A stretch of DNA of 64,000 bases, from IMG/VR virus record IMGVR_UViG_3300042516_005475, positions 62,001 through 126,000 of that record; one strand, written 5' to 3'. Made by a program: the position numbers and the translations under genes. Shown here piece by piece: positions 32,381-43,022 of this stretch. The notes below the pieces were generated by a model that had not been told where the DNA came from, did not search any database, and was given only the letters and a program-made list of their open reading frames with translations. Each line of letters opens with the position of its first letter. Position 1 is the stretch's first letter.

Positions 32381-35300
32381 ATGGAATACGATAAGCCAGC
32401 AAAAATTGTATGGGTAGCTAAGCTATCAGCCACTGGGTTATATGATACTCCATTTTTAAAAATCGTTGACCCAACTACAGCACCTCAAAATATAGTCAAT
32501 GAATATACGGATTTAGGGTTAGAAAACTATACAATAAATAATTATTTTGTTAATACAAATTTACTTTTTAGTATAACAGATAATGAATTAAACACTAATA
32601 GAAAAACCTTTAACTGGACTTTTAGTGCCTATAAGGGACCATCTCAGGCTGCTTCTGCAATGATAGCGGTTAATTATTTTAACAATTATACTGCTAACGA
32701 TATGGGGTTGGTTATTAATTATAATAACCAGTATCTATCCCCACCATTTTATTTTGATCCTTATGAAACAAGCCCTAACCCTACCGCTTCTAAAACATTT
32801 ATAGTTCCTGCTGGTGCTCAAAATTTTCCTATACCGCTATGGGTGAGAGTAAATGATGGTTCTGCCATATCAACTTTTACATGTTTAGTTTGTACTAACC
32901 CTTCTATTATTTTAACTAATAATATTGCGAGATATTCCAATATATTTGTTACCCCATCACCAACACCAACAAATACAGTTACTCCAACTACTGGATTATC
33001 TCCAACTGCGACTCCTACTAATACACCTACCAACACCGTAACCCCTACAAATACCCCAACCAATACTGTTACTCCTACAAATACTCCAACCAATACTGTA
33101 ACACCAACAGTTACTCCAACTAATACTGTAACAGTAACACCCACTATCACCCCAACCAACACAGTTACTCCAACCAATACAGTAACACCAACCAATACTG
33201 TTACACCAACTAATACTGTTACACCAACAGTAACACCAACAAATACTGGTACTCCAAACAATACAGTTACACCAACAAATACAGTAACACCTACAGTTAC
33301 ACCAACCAACACAATCACCCCAACCAACACAGTAACACCAACCAATACAGTAACACCAACCAATACTGTTACACCAACTAATACAGTAACACCAACTAAT
33401 ACGGTTACCCCTACAAATACTGTTACTCCAACCATTACACCAACCAATACAGTAACACCAACTAATACAGTAACACCAACTAATACAGTAACACCAACAA
33501 TTACTCCTTCCAACACAGTAACACCAACCAACACAGTAACTCCAACAATTACACCAACAATTACCGTCACTCCTACAAACACAGTAACACCTACAATTAC
33601 TCCTTCCAACACAGTAACACCAACCAACACAGTAACACCAACAATTACACCAACCAATACTGTTACACCAACCAATACTGTCACACCTACCAATACAGTA
33701 ACACCAACAATTACTCCTTCCAACACAGTAACTCCAACAAATACGGTTACTCCAACTAATACAATTACACCTACAAATACGGTTACACCTACAAATACTG
33801 TTACACCAACAGTAACAGTAACACCAACCAATACAGTAACACCAACCAATACAGTAACACCAACAATTACTCCTACACCACCACAACCACCGAGCAAGAG
33901 AGCGATATTTGGTTTCGGTAGTACAACTTTTGGTGGTTTTGGGTCTCCTACTTCTCTTTCCAACATAGTATCAGATACTGGTGTATTGGCTTCAGATGTA
34001 ACTAATGTTGGTACGTCTGCTAGACTTTATCTAGCTGCTGCTAGTTTTGGTGATGGTTTAGCTATTTTTGGTTTCGGTTATAATAATGGTAATGCTGTTG
34101 GGGTGTATAACCCTGTAAATAATAGCGGAGAAATTGGAATTGATGATACCCGTGGTAGTTTTACTGCTAGATATCAGTTAGCGGCTGCAAGTTACGGTGG
34201 AGATAAAGCAATATTCGGGTTCGGTTCCACAACCTCAGGAGTAAGTTCTATTACAAATCTGGTAGATAATTTAGGTCAAATGGGTAATAATGTATCTACT
34301 GTTGGTACAGCTAGAAATAACCTCGCCGCTGCAGGTTATGGTACAGATAAAGCTATATTTGGTTTTGGTTTTTCAACAGCTATAACAAATATAACAAACC
34401 TTGTATCCAATACTGGTGTAATAGCTGCAGATGTAACAACCATTGGTACAGCAAGACAGATATTAGCTGCAGCTAGTTATGGTGGAGATAAAGCTATTTT
34501 TGGTTATGGTTATACTTCAAGCTTTGTTTCTTTAACAAATGTAGTAACTAACACAGGAGTAGTTGGAAGTGATGTAGGAGGGATTGGAACAGCTAGAGGC
34601 TATCTAGCAGCAGCAGGATACGGAACGGATAAAGCAATATTCGGGTTTGGTATAAACGGGTTTGGTGGTTCTACTTTGTCAATGACAAACCTAGTATCTA
34701 ACACAGGTGTTGTTGCTAATGATAATAGTACAGTTGGTACAGCTAGAATGGGTTTAGCAGCAGCAAGCTTCACTCAATATTTTGCACCTTCTCCAACACC
34801 TACTCCATCTATAACACCTTCTGAGACAGTTACACCAACAATTACTCCAACGGTTACACCTACAAATACGGTTACCTCAACCAATACAGTAACACCAACA
34901 ATTACCCCAACCAATACAGTTACACCAACAATTACCCCAACCAATACAGTTACACCAACCAATACAGTTACCCCAACAATTACACCAACCAATACAGTTA
35001 CACCAACCAATACAGTTACACCAACCAATACAGTTACACCAACAATTACCCCTACACCTGGAGCTACATCTACACCAACCAACACAGTAACACCAACAGT
35101 TACAGTTACACCAACCAATACAGTTACACCAACCAATACTGTTACACCAACCAATACTGTTACTCCAACAATAACCCCAACAAACTCATATACTGGTCCA
35201 GATAGAGCTATATTTGGTTTCGGACAATCATCTGGAAACACAGGTACAAATATAACTAATTTAGTTTCAGATACTGGCGTTGTAGCTTCTGATCTTTCTG

Positions 35301-38300
35301 GAGTAGGTACTGAAAGATCGCAACTTGCTGCTGCAAGCTATGGTTTTGATAAGGCTATTTTTGGTTATGGTGGTGGTCCATCCAACGCCTACAATAATGT
35401 TTCTACTTTAGTAAACAATTTAGGTGTAGTAGTTACTGATCAATTAGGTGTTGGTACTGGCAGAAAAGGTCTAGCAGCAGCTGGTTATGGTTACGATAAG
35501 GCGATTTTTGCTTTTGGGCGAACCTCTTCTGGAAATGTAAATATTTCAAATCTTGTGACTAATTTTGGTGTTATTGGCACAGATAATGCAAGTGTAGCCA
35601 CTTCTAAAGAAAACTTAGCAGCAGCTGTTTATGGTTACGATAAAGCAATTTTTGCATATGGTAGTAATTCAGGTGTTACAAATACAACCAACATTGTTTC
35701 AAATCTAGGAGTAATTTCTACAGATACAGCAGGAGTAGGAACAGCAAGATCAAGTCTCGCAGCAACAGGTTATGGCATGGATAAGGCAATATTTGGTTTT
35801 GGCTCTACAACTATTAATGTAAATATTACCTCGTTATTTTCAAATACAGGCTCTTATGTTAGTGAGAGTTCTGGTGTCGGTACTGCTAGAATTTATCTAG
35901 CAGCCACAGGTTACAATCAAGATAAAGCAATATTTGGTTTTGGTTTCGCTGGATTCTTTGCCTCCATGACAAATCTTGTTTCTAATATTGGCAATATTGC
36001 TGCTGATAATAGTACAGTAGGTACTGGAAGGTATGGGTTAGCTGCTGCAAGATTTGGTGGTATACTTCCAACTCCAACAGCTACTCCAACAGTTACTCCA
36101 ACAGTTACTCCAACTACCGGGCTATCTTCTACTCCAACTAATACAATTACACCAACTAATACAGTAACACCTACAATAACACCTACAATAACACCTACAG
36201 TAACACCTACCAATACAGTTACACCTACAATCACTCCAACGATTACTCCTACTCCAGCACCAATACAAAATTATAGTGGTATTTTTGGTTTCGGTACAAG
36301 TACTTCTGGAGGGAATACATCAATTACTAATTTATTAGTATCTAACATTGGTATTCTTGAAAATGATGTAACTACTGTTGCTACTGCCAGAAGTGAATTA
36401 GCAGCAGCAACTTACGGTACAGATAAAGCCATATTTGCTTTTGGGTATATTAACTCTGTCGGTGTTCAAAATATATCTAATTTAGTAACTAATGAGGGAG
36501 TTGTTGGAACCGATCAATCAACAGTAGGTACTTCTAGAAACCGTCTTGCAGCAGCTGGTTATGGTATAGATAAAGCTATTTTTGGTTACGGTTATAATGG
36601 AGGCTATTTGTCATTGACAAATATAGTTACTAATACCGGTGTTGTTGGTAGTGATCAAGGGGGGATTGGTACTGCTAGAGCTGATCTAGCAGCTGCTACT
36701 TTTGATAGAGATAGGGCAATTTTCGGTTTTGGAACTAATAACACTAATTTGTCAATGACAAATATAGTTACTAATACCGGTGTTGTTGGTAATGATGTAT
36801 CAAGTATTGGTACTGCTAGAAGAGGTCTAGCAGCTGCTACTTATGATGTAAATAAAGTTATATTTGGTTTCGGTAGTGTAGGAATTAGTGCTCCTGTATC
36901 AATAACCAATTTGGTTTCTAATACTGGTATTGTTGCTTCTGATACCTCTAATGTTCAAACAGCTAGAAGCGGTCTTGCTGCAGTAAGTATTGGTACTGAT
37001 AGAGCTATGTTTGGTTTTGGCTTTAGTAATACTGCTACAAATATTACAAATCTAATTAGTAATTTAGGAACAATTGTTACAGAAAATTTTGGTACTGGCA
37101 CTACAAGATACAGTCTAGCAGCTGCGAGCTTTGTTTATGTAGCCCCTACACCTTCCCCAACAATTACTCCAACAATTACTCCAACAATTACTCCAACAAA
37201 TACAGTAACACCAACTAATACACCTACCAATACAGTAACACCTACAGTTACACCTACCAATACAGTTACACCAACGAATACACCACCAAATACACCACCA
37301 CCTCAATCAGATAAGAGCGCAATATTTGGATATGGTACCAATGGTAGTTTTGGAAATAACTTATCAATGACCAATTTAGTATCTAACGCTGGTGTTGTTA
37401 CTATAGATCAAACCGGGGTTGGAACTGCAAGATATGGTTTAGCTGCTGCAAGCTATGGTGGAGACAAGGCAATATTTGGATATGGTTATGTTTCAGCTGG
37501 GTCTGGAGTACAGAATATAACCAACAAAGTTTCAAATCTTGGTATAGTTGCTAATGATGATGCTGGTGTCGGTACTCAAAGATTCTATTTAGCTGCAGCT
37601 ACCTATGGTACTGATAAAGCAATATTTGGATATGGTCAAAATAGTTCATTTGTTGGAGTTACAATAACCAATTTAGTGAATAACATTGGTAATGTTGCTT
37701 CAGACGTAACTAGTGCTGGTACTGCAAGAAGCGCATTAACATCTGCTAGCTACGGTTACGATAAGGCAATATTTGCTTTAGGTAACGGAAGTGTAATTAA
37801 TAAGATTTCAAACACTGGTATTGTTGCTTCAGATTCAAGTGGTACACCTCCAACAGCTCGAAATGGTGCTTTCGGTGCTGGGTATGGTTATGATACAGCT
37901 ATACTTGGTTTTGGTTATGATGGAACACATTTAAATACTATAACACTAATTAACAACCAAGGAGACGTTGTCACTAATACTACTGGAGGTGGTTCTTCTA
38001 GAGCTTTTGGTGCTTCAGCAAGCTATAGTACTGATAAGGCAATATTTGGTTATGGTAGTACTACTAGTTCTGCTTCGTCTGTAATAACTCTTATTTCAAA
38101 CACAGGTACAGTCGCATCAGAATCATCCGGAGTTGGTACAGCAAGAAGCAGTCTAGCTGGAGCAAGCTATGTTTCTGGTATTGCTCCGTCACCTACAGCT
38201 ACAACAACAATTACACCAACAGTAACACCTACCAATACAGTTACACCAACCAACACAGTAACACCAACTAACACACCAACTAACACAGTTACTCCAACAG

Positions 38301-41300
38301 TTACAGTTACACCAACCAATACAGTTACACCAACAAACACAGTTACACCAACTAACACAGTTACACCAACAATTACCCCAACTAATACAGTTACAGTTAC
38401 ACCTACTAACACAGTAACACCTACTAACACAGTAACACCAACACCTACGAGTACACCAGGTGCTTCTGTAACACCAACAGCTACTCCATTTGCTTTAACA
38501 AATAAAAATGCAATATTTGGTTTTGGACAAAATAATAGTGGCTCTCCCGTTTCTATGACTAACATAGTAGCTACTAATGGTAATGTGGCTTCAGATGTAA
38601 CTAGTGTTAATACAGCAAGAAGTGGTTTGGCTGCAGCTAGCTATGGTGGAGATAAGGCAATATTCGGATATGGTTATTCTAATACATTTGTTTCTATTAC
38701 TAACTTAGTTTCCGGTGCTGGTGTTGTTGCTTCAGATGTATCTAGTGCTGGTACTGCTAGATGGGCCTTAGCTGCAGCAAGTTTTGGTACTGATCAAGCG
38801 ATATTTGGTTACGGTTATAATGGTGCAGGTATTTCTATAACTAATAAAGTTTCTAACACTGGTATTGTTTCTTCTAATAATAGTACAGTTGGCTCAGCAA
38901 GAGGTAGATTAGCGGCAGCAGGTTATGGTTATGATAAAGCAATATTCGGTTATGGTTATATTTTTGAAAGCTTTGCATATGTTTCTATCTCTAATTTAGT
39001 ATCTAATACAGGTAATGTTGCTGCAGATGTTACAAATGCCGGTTCAAGACAATACCTAGCTGCGGCTGGATATGGTGGAGATAAAGCTATTTTTGGTTTT
39101 GGTGACTTTGGTAGTTATACAAATATTACAAACAAGGTTTCAAACACCGGTATTGTTGCAGCTAATACAAATGTTACTGGTACAGCTAGAAATGGTCTAG
39201 CAGCTGCTAGCTATAGTACAAATTTAGCAATATTTGGTTATGGTTATACCGGTTCAGCGTTATCAATGACCAATAAAATAAATTCAGATGGGGATGTAGC
39301 TTCTGATATAACTGGGGTTGGTACAGCTAGATATTATTTAGCTGCAGCAAGTTTTGGTCCTGAAATAATACCAACCCCAACAACTACTGCTTCAAACACA
39401 CCGACTAATACAGTGACCCCTACAGTTACACCAACTAACACAGTAACTCCAACTAACACAGTAACTCCAACCAATACTGTTACCCCTACAAATACAGTTA
39501 CACCAACTAACACTGTAACTCCAACTAACACTGTTACTCCTACAAATACAGTTACTCCAACAATTACACCAACTAATACAGTTACACCAACTAATACAGT
39601 TACTCCAACCATTACAGTTACACCAACAAACACACCAACTAACTCTGTTACACCAACAGTTACAGTTACTCCAACAATTACACCAACAATTACACCTACA
39701 CAAGATAATACATATTGCTTCCAAACTCCAGTACAAACTGTATATTTAAATAACTTTGATATTTGTCAAAATTATATAAAAGACCAACTTTTTGCCTCAA
39801 ATCTTCAATCAAGAGGGGCTTCTGATCTTCGAAAAATTCTCCTTTATATTACTCAAGTACTACCAACTACAAGCAACATATTAAATAATTCTAACTGGGG
39901 AGACTTTGGTACTACTAACGCTGCTTATAGTGTAATTTACACTTTTAATGGAATAGTTGGCGGTAAAAATCAATATTATGTATCAATAGAATGGTCATAT
40001 TCTGGTAATGTTGAACCCTATCAAATAGCTTATATTAGCTATCTATCATATAATAATAATACTGGTCAATGCGCGATTGATATGTGCTTGTTGAATGTTA
40101 TTCAATATTTTAATGTAACACCAACCCCAACAGTTACACCAACAGTTACAGTAACTCCAACCAATACAGTAACACCAACAAATACAGTTACACCAACAGT
40201 TACACCAACCACTACAGTAACCCCAACAAATACTGTTACCCCTACTGTTACCCCTACTGTTACAACGACAACTGGTTTATCTCCTACAATTACCCCTACA
40301 ATTACTCCAACAAACACTGTAACTCCAACAATTACACCAACCAATACAGTAACACCAACAATCACACCAACCAGCACAGTTACTCCTACAAATACTGTTA
40401 CTCCTACAAATACTGTTACACCTACAAATACTGTAACTCCAACCAATACAGTAACACCAACAGCTACTGTAACTCCAACTATCACTGTTACACCAACTAA
40501 TACAGTAACTCCACCCAATACTGTTACTCCAACCATTACAGTTACACCAACAATCACACCAACTAACTCTGTTACACCAACAATCACACCAACCAATACA
40601 ATCACACCAACAATTACACCCACACAAGATAACACATATTGTTTTCAGACTCTTAGAGTCCCAGTATATTTAAACAGCTTTGCAAGTTGTCAGGGTTATA
40701 TTTCTGGCTTAATTAGTTCTTCTAACATTGGTTCAAGAGGAGCAACAGATATTGTTAAGATTCTACGATACATTGTTAATAACTATAACCCTAGTGTTAA
40801 TATTTTAAATAATACAGACTGGGGAATTTATGGAACAACTGGTGGTGCTTATAGTGTACTTTATACTTATAATGGAATAGTATCTGGTAACAATGAATAT
40901 TATGTTTCTATTGAGTACACAACAGGGACACAGCAAATTCAAGTTGCTTATATCAGCTGGATGACTACAAATCTATCCCCTGGTTCTTGTATATTTGACA
41001 TGTGTTTAATTAATATTCTAACTTTTACTAATATTGATCCAACACCTACCCCAACTCCATCAGTAACTCCAACCAATACAGTAACTCCAACAAATACAGT
41101 TACACCAACCAACACAGTAACTCCAACTAATACAGTTACACCAACCAACACAGTAACACCAACAATTACACCAACTAATACAGTTACACCAACAGTTACA
41201 CCAACTAATACAGTTACACCAACCAACACAGTAACGCCAACAATTACACCAACTAATACAGTTACACCAACTAATACAGTTACACCAACAGTTACACCAA

Positions 41301-42982
41301 CTAATACAGTTACACCAACCAACACAGTAACGCCAACAATTACACCAACCACCACAGTAACGCCAACAATTACACCAACTAATACAGTTACACCAACAAT
41401 CACTCCCACAATTACACCTACACAAAAGAATACATATTGCTTCCAGTCTCCGGATACTGAACCATACATTAATAATTTTGCCGATAGTAAGAATTATATA
41501 ATTAATGCTATTGATTCTTCTAATATTGCTTCAAGAGGCGCAACTGATATAGCTAAGATTCTTAAGTTTGTTGTAAGCAGACTATATTTAGTTGGAAATA
41601 TATTTAATAATTATAGTTGGGGAGCATATGGTACAACTTCAGCAGCCTATAACGTAGTTTTCACTAATTTCGGTCCAGAGGGTAGCAATCAGAAATATTA
41701 CTTTGAAATTCAGCCAAGTTATGTAACACCAACTCAATATATTGCATATTGTTCATATTTGTTCTTCAATATGAATACTGGTACAATGTTAGTTGATATG
41801 TGTTTACTTAATATTTTTGATTATAGTAACTTCCCAGCAACACCAACACCTACAATTACTGTTACTCCAACTCAATCGTTAACACCAACTAATACAGTTA
41901 CACCAACTAATACAGTTACACCAACTATAACTCCAACCAAAACAGTTACCCCTACACCAAATAGTACCTTAACTACTCCAACTACCCCAACTTTAACTCC
42001 AACCAAGACAGTTACACCAACAGTTACAGTAACACCAACAGTAACTGTAACACCAACAGTAACTGTAACACCAACAGTAACCCCAACAGCCTCTCCTGTT
42101 TTAACAAATAAACAAGCTATTTTTGGTTATGGTCAAGGGGATAGCGGTATACTTTCAAAATCTAACACAGTTACAAATCTTGGTGTAGTTAATATAGATC
42201 AAACCGGGGTTGGAACTGCAAGATATGGTTTAGCTGCTGCAAGTTACGGTGGAGATAAGGCAATATTTGGATATGGCGCAAGTGATATTAAGCTTTCTAT
42301 AACCAATACTGTTACAAATCTTGGTATAGTTAATGCTGATCAAGCAGGAGTTGGTACAGCAAGACTTTATTTAGCTGCTGCAAGTTATGGTGGAGATAAG
42401 GCAATATTTGGCTTTGGCTTCGATGGAGGTTATACAAGTACAACCAACACTGTTACAAATCTTGGTATTGTTAATTCAGATACAAGTAGCGTAGCCACAT
42501 CAAGAGCTAATTTAGCTGCTGCAAGTTATGGTGGAGATAAAGTAATATTTGGTTTTGGAGCAACATACTCAGCGGGTAATGTTTTCTATAATAAAACCTC
42601 ACTATTTTCTAATACAGGTGTGTATGTTAGTGAAACTGACAATATTGTAACTGAAAGAGGTTTCCTCGCTGCAGCTGGTTACGGAACAGATAAAGCAATA
42701 TTTGCTTATGGTTTTAATAATAGCGGGTTCCTTTTATTAACTAATAAAGTTACAAATACAGGCACTCTTGGTTCAGATACTACTGTTGCCGGTACTGCTA
42801 GATACGCTTTAGCAGCAGCTGGTTATGGTGGAGATAAGGCGATATTTGGGTTTGGTTTCTCAAGCGACTATAGTGTTGTTAATACTACTACCTTATTTGA
42901 CAATCAAGGTAATTTTGTTAGTGAAAATTCTGGGGTTGGTACTGCAAGATACGATCTTGCAGCAGCAAGCTTTGGTAGCTAA
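32381..42982 (+). CDS. Giant (3533 aa) mucin-like multidomain protein: six Kelch-like 6-bladed propellers, three YCFQ domains, nine Thr/Pro linkers
   Basis: Continuous ORF. 36 copies of a ~47-aa unit AIFG(F/Y)G...TN.VSNTG.V..D...VGTAR..LAAA.YG.DK, in groups of six separated by TPTNTV arrays. Confidence 0.8.
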   Translation: MEYDKPAKIVWVAKLSATGLYDTPFLKIVDPTTAPQNIVNEYTDLGLENYTINNYFVNTNLLFSITDNELNTNRKTFNWTFSAYKGPSQAASAMIAVNYFNNYTANDMGLVINYNNQYLSPPFYFDPYETSPNPTASKTFIVPAGAQNFPIPLWVRVNDGSAISTFTCLVCTNPSIILTNNIARYSNIFVTPSPTPTNTVTPTTGLSPTATPTNTPTNTVTPTNTPTNTVTPTNTPTNTVTPTVTPTNTVTVTPTITPTNTVTPTNTVTPTNTVTPTNTVTPTVTPTNTGTPNNTVTPTNTVTPTVTPTNTITPTNTVTPTNTVTPTNTVTPTNTVTPTNTVTPTNTVTPTITPTNTVTPTNTVTPTNTVTPTITPSNTVTPTNTVTPTITPTITVTPTNTVTPTITPSNTVTPTNTVTPTITPTNTVTPTNTVTPTNTVTPTITPSNTVTPTNTVTPTNTITPTNTVTPTNTVTPTVTVTPTNTVTPTNTVTPTITPTPPQPPSKRAIFGFGSTTFGGFGSPTSLSNIVSDTGVLASDVTNVGTSARLYLAAASFGDGLAIFGFGYNNGNAVGVYNPVNNSGEIGIDDTRGSFTARYQLAAASYGGDKAIFGFGSTTSGVSSITNLVDNLGQMGNNVSTVGTARNNLAAAGYGTDKAIFGFGFSTAITNITNLVSNTGVIAADVTTIGTARQILAAASYGGDKAIFGYGYTSSFVSLTNVVTNTGVVGSDVGGIGTARGYLAAAGYGTDKAIFGFGINGFGGSTLSMTNLVSNTGVVANDNSTVGTARMGLAAASFTQYFAPSPTPTPSITPSETVTPTITPTVTPTNTVTSTNTVTPTITPTNTVTPTITPTNTVTPTNTVTPTITPTNTVTPTNTVTPTNTVTPTITPTPGATSTPTNTVTPTVTVTPTNTVTPTNTVTPTNTVTPTITPTNSYTGPDRAIFGFGQSSGNTGTNITNLVSDTGVVASDLSGVGTERSQLAAASYGFDKAIFGYGGGPSNAYNNVSTLVNNLGVVVTDQLGVGTGRKGLAAAGYGYDKAIFAFGRTSSGNVNISNLVTNFGVIGTDNASVATSKENLAAAVYGYDKAIFAYGSNSGVTNTTNIVSNLGVISTDTAGVGTARSSLAATGYGMDKAIFGFGSTTINVNITSLFSNTGSYVSESSGVGTARIYLAATGYNQDKAIFGFGFAGFFASMTNLVSNIGNIAADNSTVGTGRYGLAAARFGGILPTPTATPTVTPTVTPTTGLSSTPTNTITPTNTVTPTITPTITPTVTPTNTVTPTITPTITPTPAPIQNYSGIFGFGTSTSGGNTSITNLLVSNIGILENDVTTVATARSELAAATYGTDKAIFAFGYINSVGVQNISNLVTNEGVVGTDQSTVGTSRNRLAAAGYGIDKAIFGYGYNGGYLSLTNIVTNTGVVGSDQGGIGTARADLAAATFDRDRAIFGFGTNNTNLSMTNIVTNTGVVGNDVSSIGTARRGLAAATYDVNKVIFGFGSVGISAPVSITNLVSNTGIVASDTSNVQTARSGLAAVSIGTDRAMFGFGFSNTATNITNLISNLGTIVTENFGTGTTRYSLAAASFVYVAPTPSPTITPTITPTITPTNTVTPTNTPTNTVTPTVTPTNTVTPTNTPPNTPPPQSDKSAIFGYGTNGSFGNNLSMTNLVSNAGVVTIDQTGVGTARYGLAAASYGGDKAIFGYGYVSAGSGVQNITNKVSNLGIVANDDAGVGTQRFYLAAATYGTDKAIFGYGQNSSFVGVTITNLVNNIGNVASDVTSAGTARSALTSASYGYDKAIFALGNGSVINKISNTGIVASDSSGTPPTARNGAFGAGYGYDTAILGFGYDGTHLNTITLINNQGDVVTNTTGGGSSRAFGASASYSTDKAIFGYGSTTSSASSVITLISNTGTVASESSGVGTARSSLAGASYVSGIAPSPTATTTITPTVTPTNTVTPTNTVTPTNTPTNTVTPTVTVTPTNTVTPTNTVTPTNTVTPTITPTNTVTVTPTNTVTPTNTVTPTPTSTPGASVTPTATPFALTNKNAIFGFGQNNSGSPVSMTNIVATNGNVASDVTSVNTARSGLAAASYGGDKAIFGYGYSNTFVSITNLVSGAGVVASDVSSAGTARWALAAASFGTDQAIFGYGYNGAGISITNKVSNTGIVSSNNSTVGSARGRLAAAGYGYDKAIFGYGYIFESFAYVSISNLVSNTGNVAADVTNAGSRQYLAAAGYGGDKAIFGFGDFGSYTNITNKVSNTGIVAANTNVTGTARNGLAAASYSTNLAIFGYGYTGSALSMTNKINSDGDVASDITGVGTARYYLAAASFGPEIIPTPTTTASNTPTNTVTPTVTPTNTVTPTNTVTPTNTVTPTNTVTPTNTVTPTNTVTPTNTVTPTITPTNTVTPTNTVTPTITVTPTNTPTNSVTPTVTVTPTITPTITPTQDNTYCFQTPVQTVYLNNFDICQNYIKDQLFASNLQSRGASDLRKILLYITQVLPTTSNILNNSNWGDFGTTNAAYSVIYTFNGIVGGKNQYYVSIEWSYSGNVEPYQIAYISYLSYNNNTGQCAIDMCLLNVIQYFNVTPTPTVTPTVTVTPTNTVTPTNTVTPTVTPTTTVTPTNTVTPTVTPTVTTTTGLSPTITPTITPTNTVTPTITPTNTVTPTITPTSTVTPTNTVTPTNTVTPTNTVTPTNTVTPTATVTPTITVTPTNTVTPPNTVTPTITVTPTITPTNSVTPTITPTNTITPTITPTQDNTYCFQTLRVPVYLNSFASCQGYISGLISSSNIGSRGATDIVKILRYIVNNYNPSVNILNNTDWGIYGTTGGAYSVLYTYNGIVSGNNEYYVSIEYTTGTQQIQVAYISWMTTNLSPGSCIFDMCLINILTFTNIDPTPTPTPSVTPTNTVTPTNTVTPTNTVTPTNTVTPTNTVTPTITPTNTVTPTVTPTNTVTPTNTVTPTITPTNTVTPTNTVTPTVTPTNTVTPTNTVTPTITPTTTVTPTITPTNTVTPTITPTITPTQKNTYCFQSPDTEPYINNFADSKNYIINAIDSSNIASRGATDIAKILKFVVSRLYLVGNIFNNYSWGAYGTTSAAYNVVFTNFGPEGSNQKYYFEIQPSYVTPTQYIAYCSYLFFNMNTGTMLVDMCLLNIFDYSNFPATPTPTITVTPTQSLTPTNTVTPTNTVTPTITPTKTVTPTPNSTLTTPTTPTLTPTKTVTPTVTVTPTVTVTPTVTVTPTVTPTASPVLTNKQAIFGYGQGDSGILSKSNTVTNLGVVNIDQTGVGTARYGLAAASYGGDKAIFGYGASDIKLSITNTVTNLGIVNADQAGVGTARLYLAAASYGGDKAIFGFGFDGGYTSTTNTVTNLGIVNSDTSSVATSRANLAAASYGGDKVIFGFGATYSAGNVFYNKTSLFSNTGVYVSETDNIVTERGFLAAAGYGTDKAIFAYGFNNSGFLLLTNKVTNTGTLGSDTTVAGTARYALAAAGYGGDKAIFGFGFSSDYSVVNTTTLFDNQGNFVSENSGVGTARYDLAAASFGS
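32951..33890 (+). repeat. Degenerate coding tandem repeat (18-nt TPTNTV and 12-nt TPTI/TPTV units), longest of the Thr/Pro arrays
   Basis: Recurring ACACCAACYAAYACAGTW units. Similar arrays at about 18621-18980, 20420-20800, 31170-31920, 34787-35182, 36068-36260, 37144-37300, 38185-38487, 39371-39700, 40118-40625, 41039-41422 and 41840-42095. Confidence 0.95.
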
Positions 42983-43022
42983 TGCATCTTGTTTTTTGTG
43001 AAGTTTCTTGTTAATAACATTG

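Noticed and set aside
32951-33890. Asn in TPTNTV as N-glycosylation sequons
   Set aside because: The dominant context is N-T-V, N-T-P or N-S-V, which is not N-x-S/T.
18455-41469. Many minus-strand ORFs reading VGVTV... or WCNC... over the Thr/Pro arrays
   Set aside because: Antisense shadows of stop-poor repeats. They are confined to the arrays and have no promoter or start context.
32951-42095. Tandem arrays as a possible CRISPR array
   Set aside because: Units are 12-18 nt, degenerate at third codon positions, in frame within a CDS, with no unique spacers and no cas genes.
37402-42276. Near-identical propeller segments as a DGR template/variable repeat pair
   Set aside because: The mismatches just downstream of the exact match are synonymous C/T changes, not adenine-specific; both copies are coding; no reverse transcriptase is present in the window.
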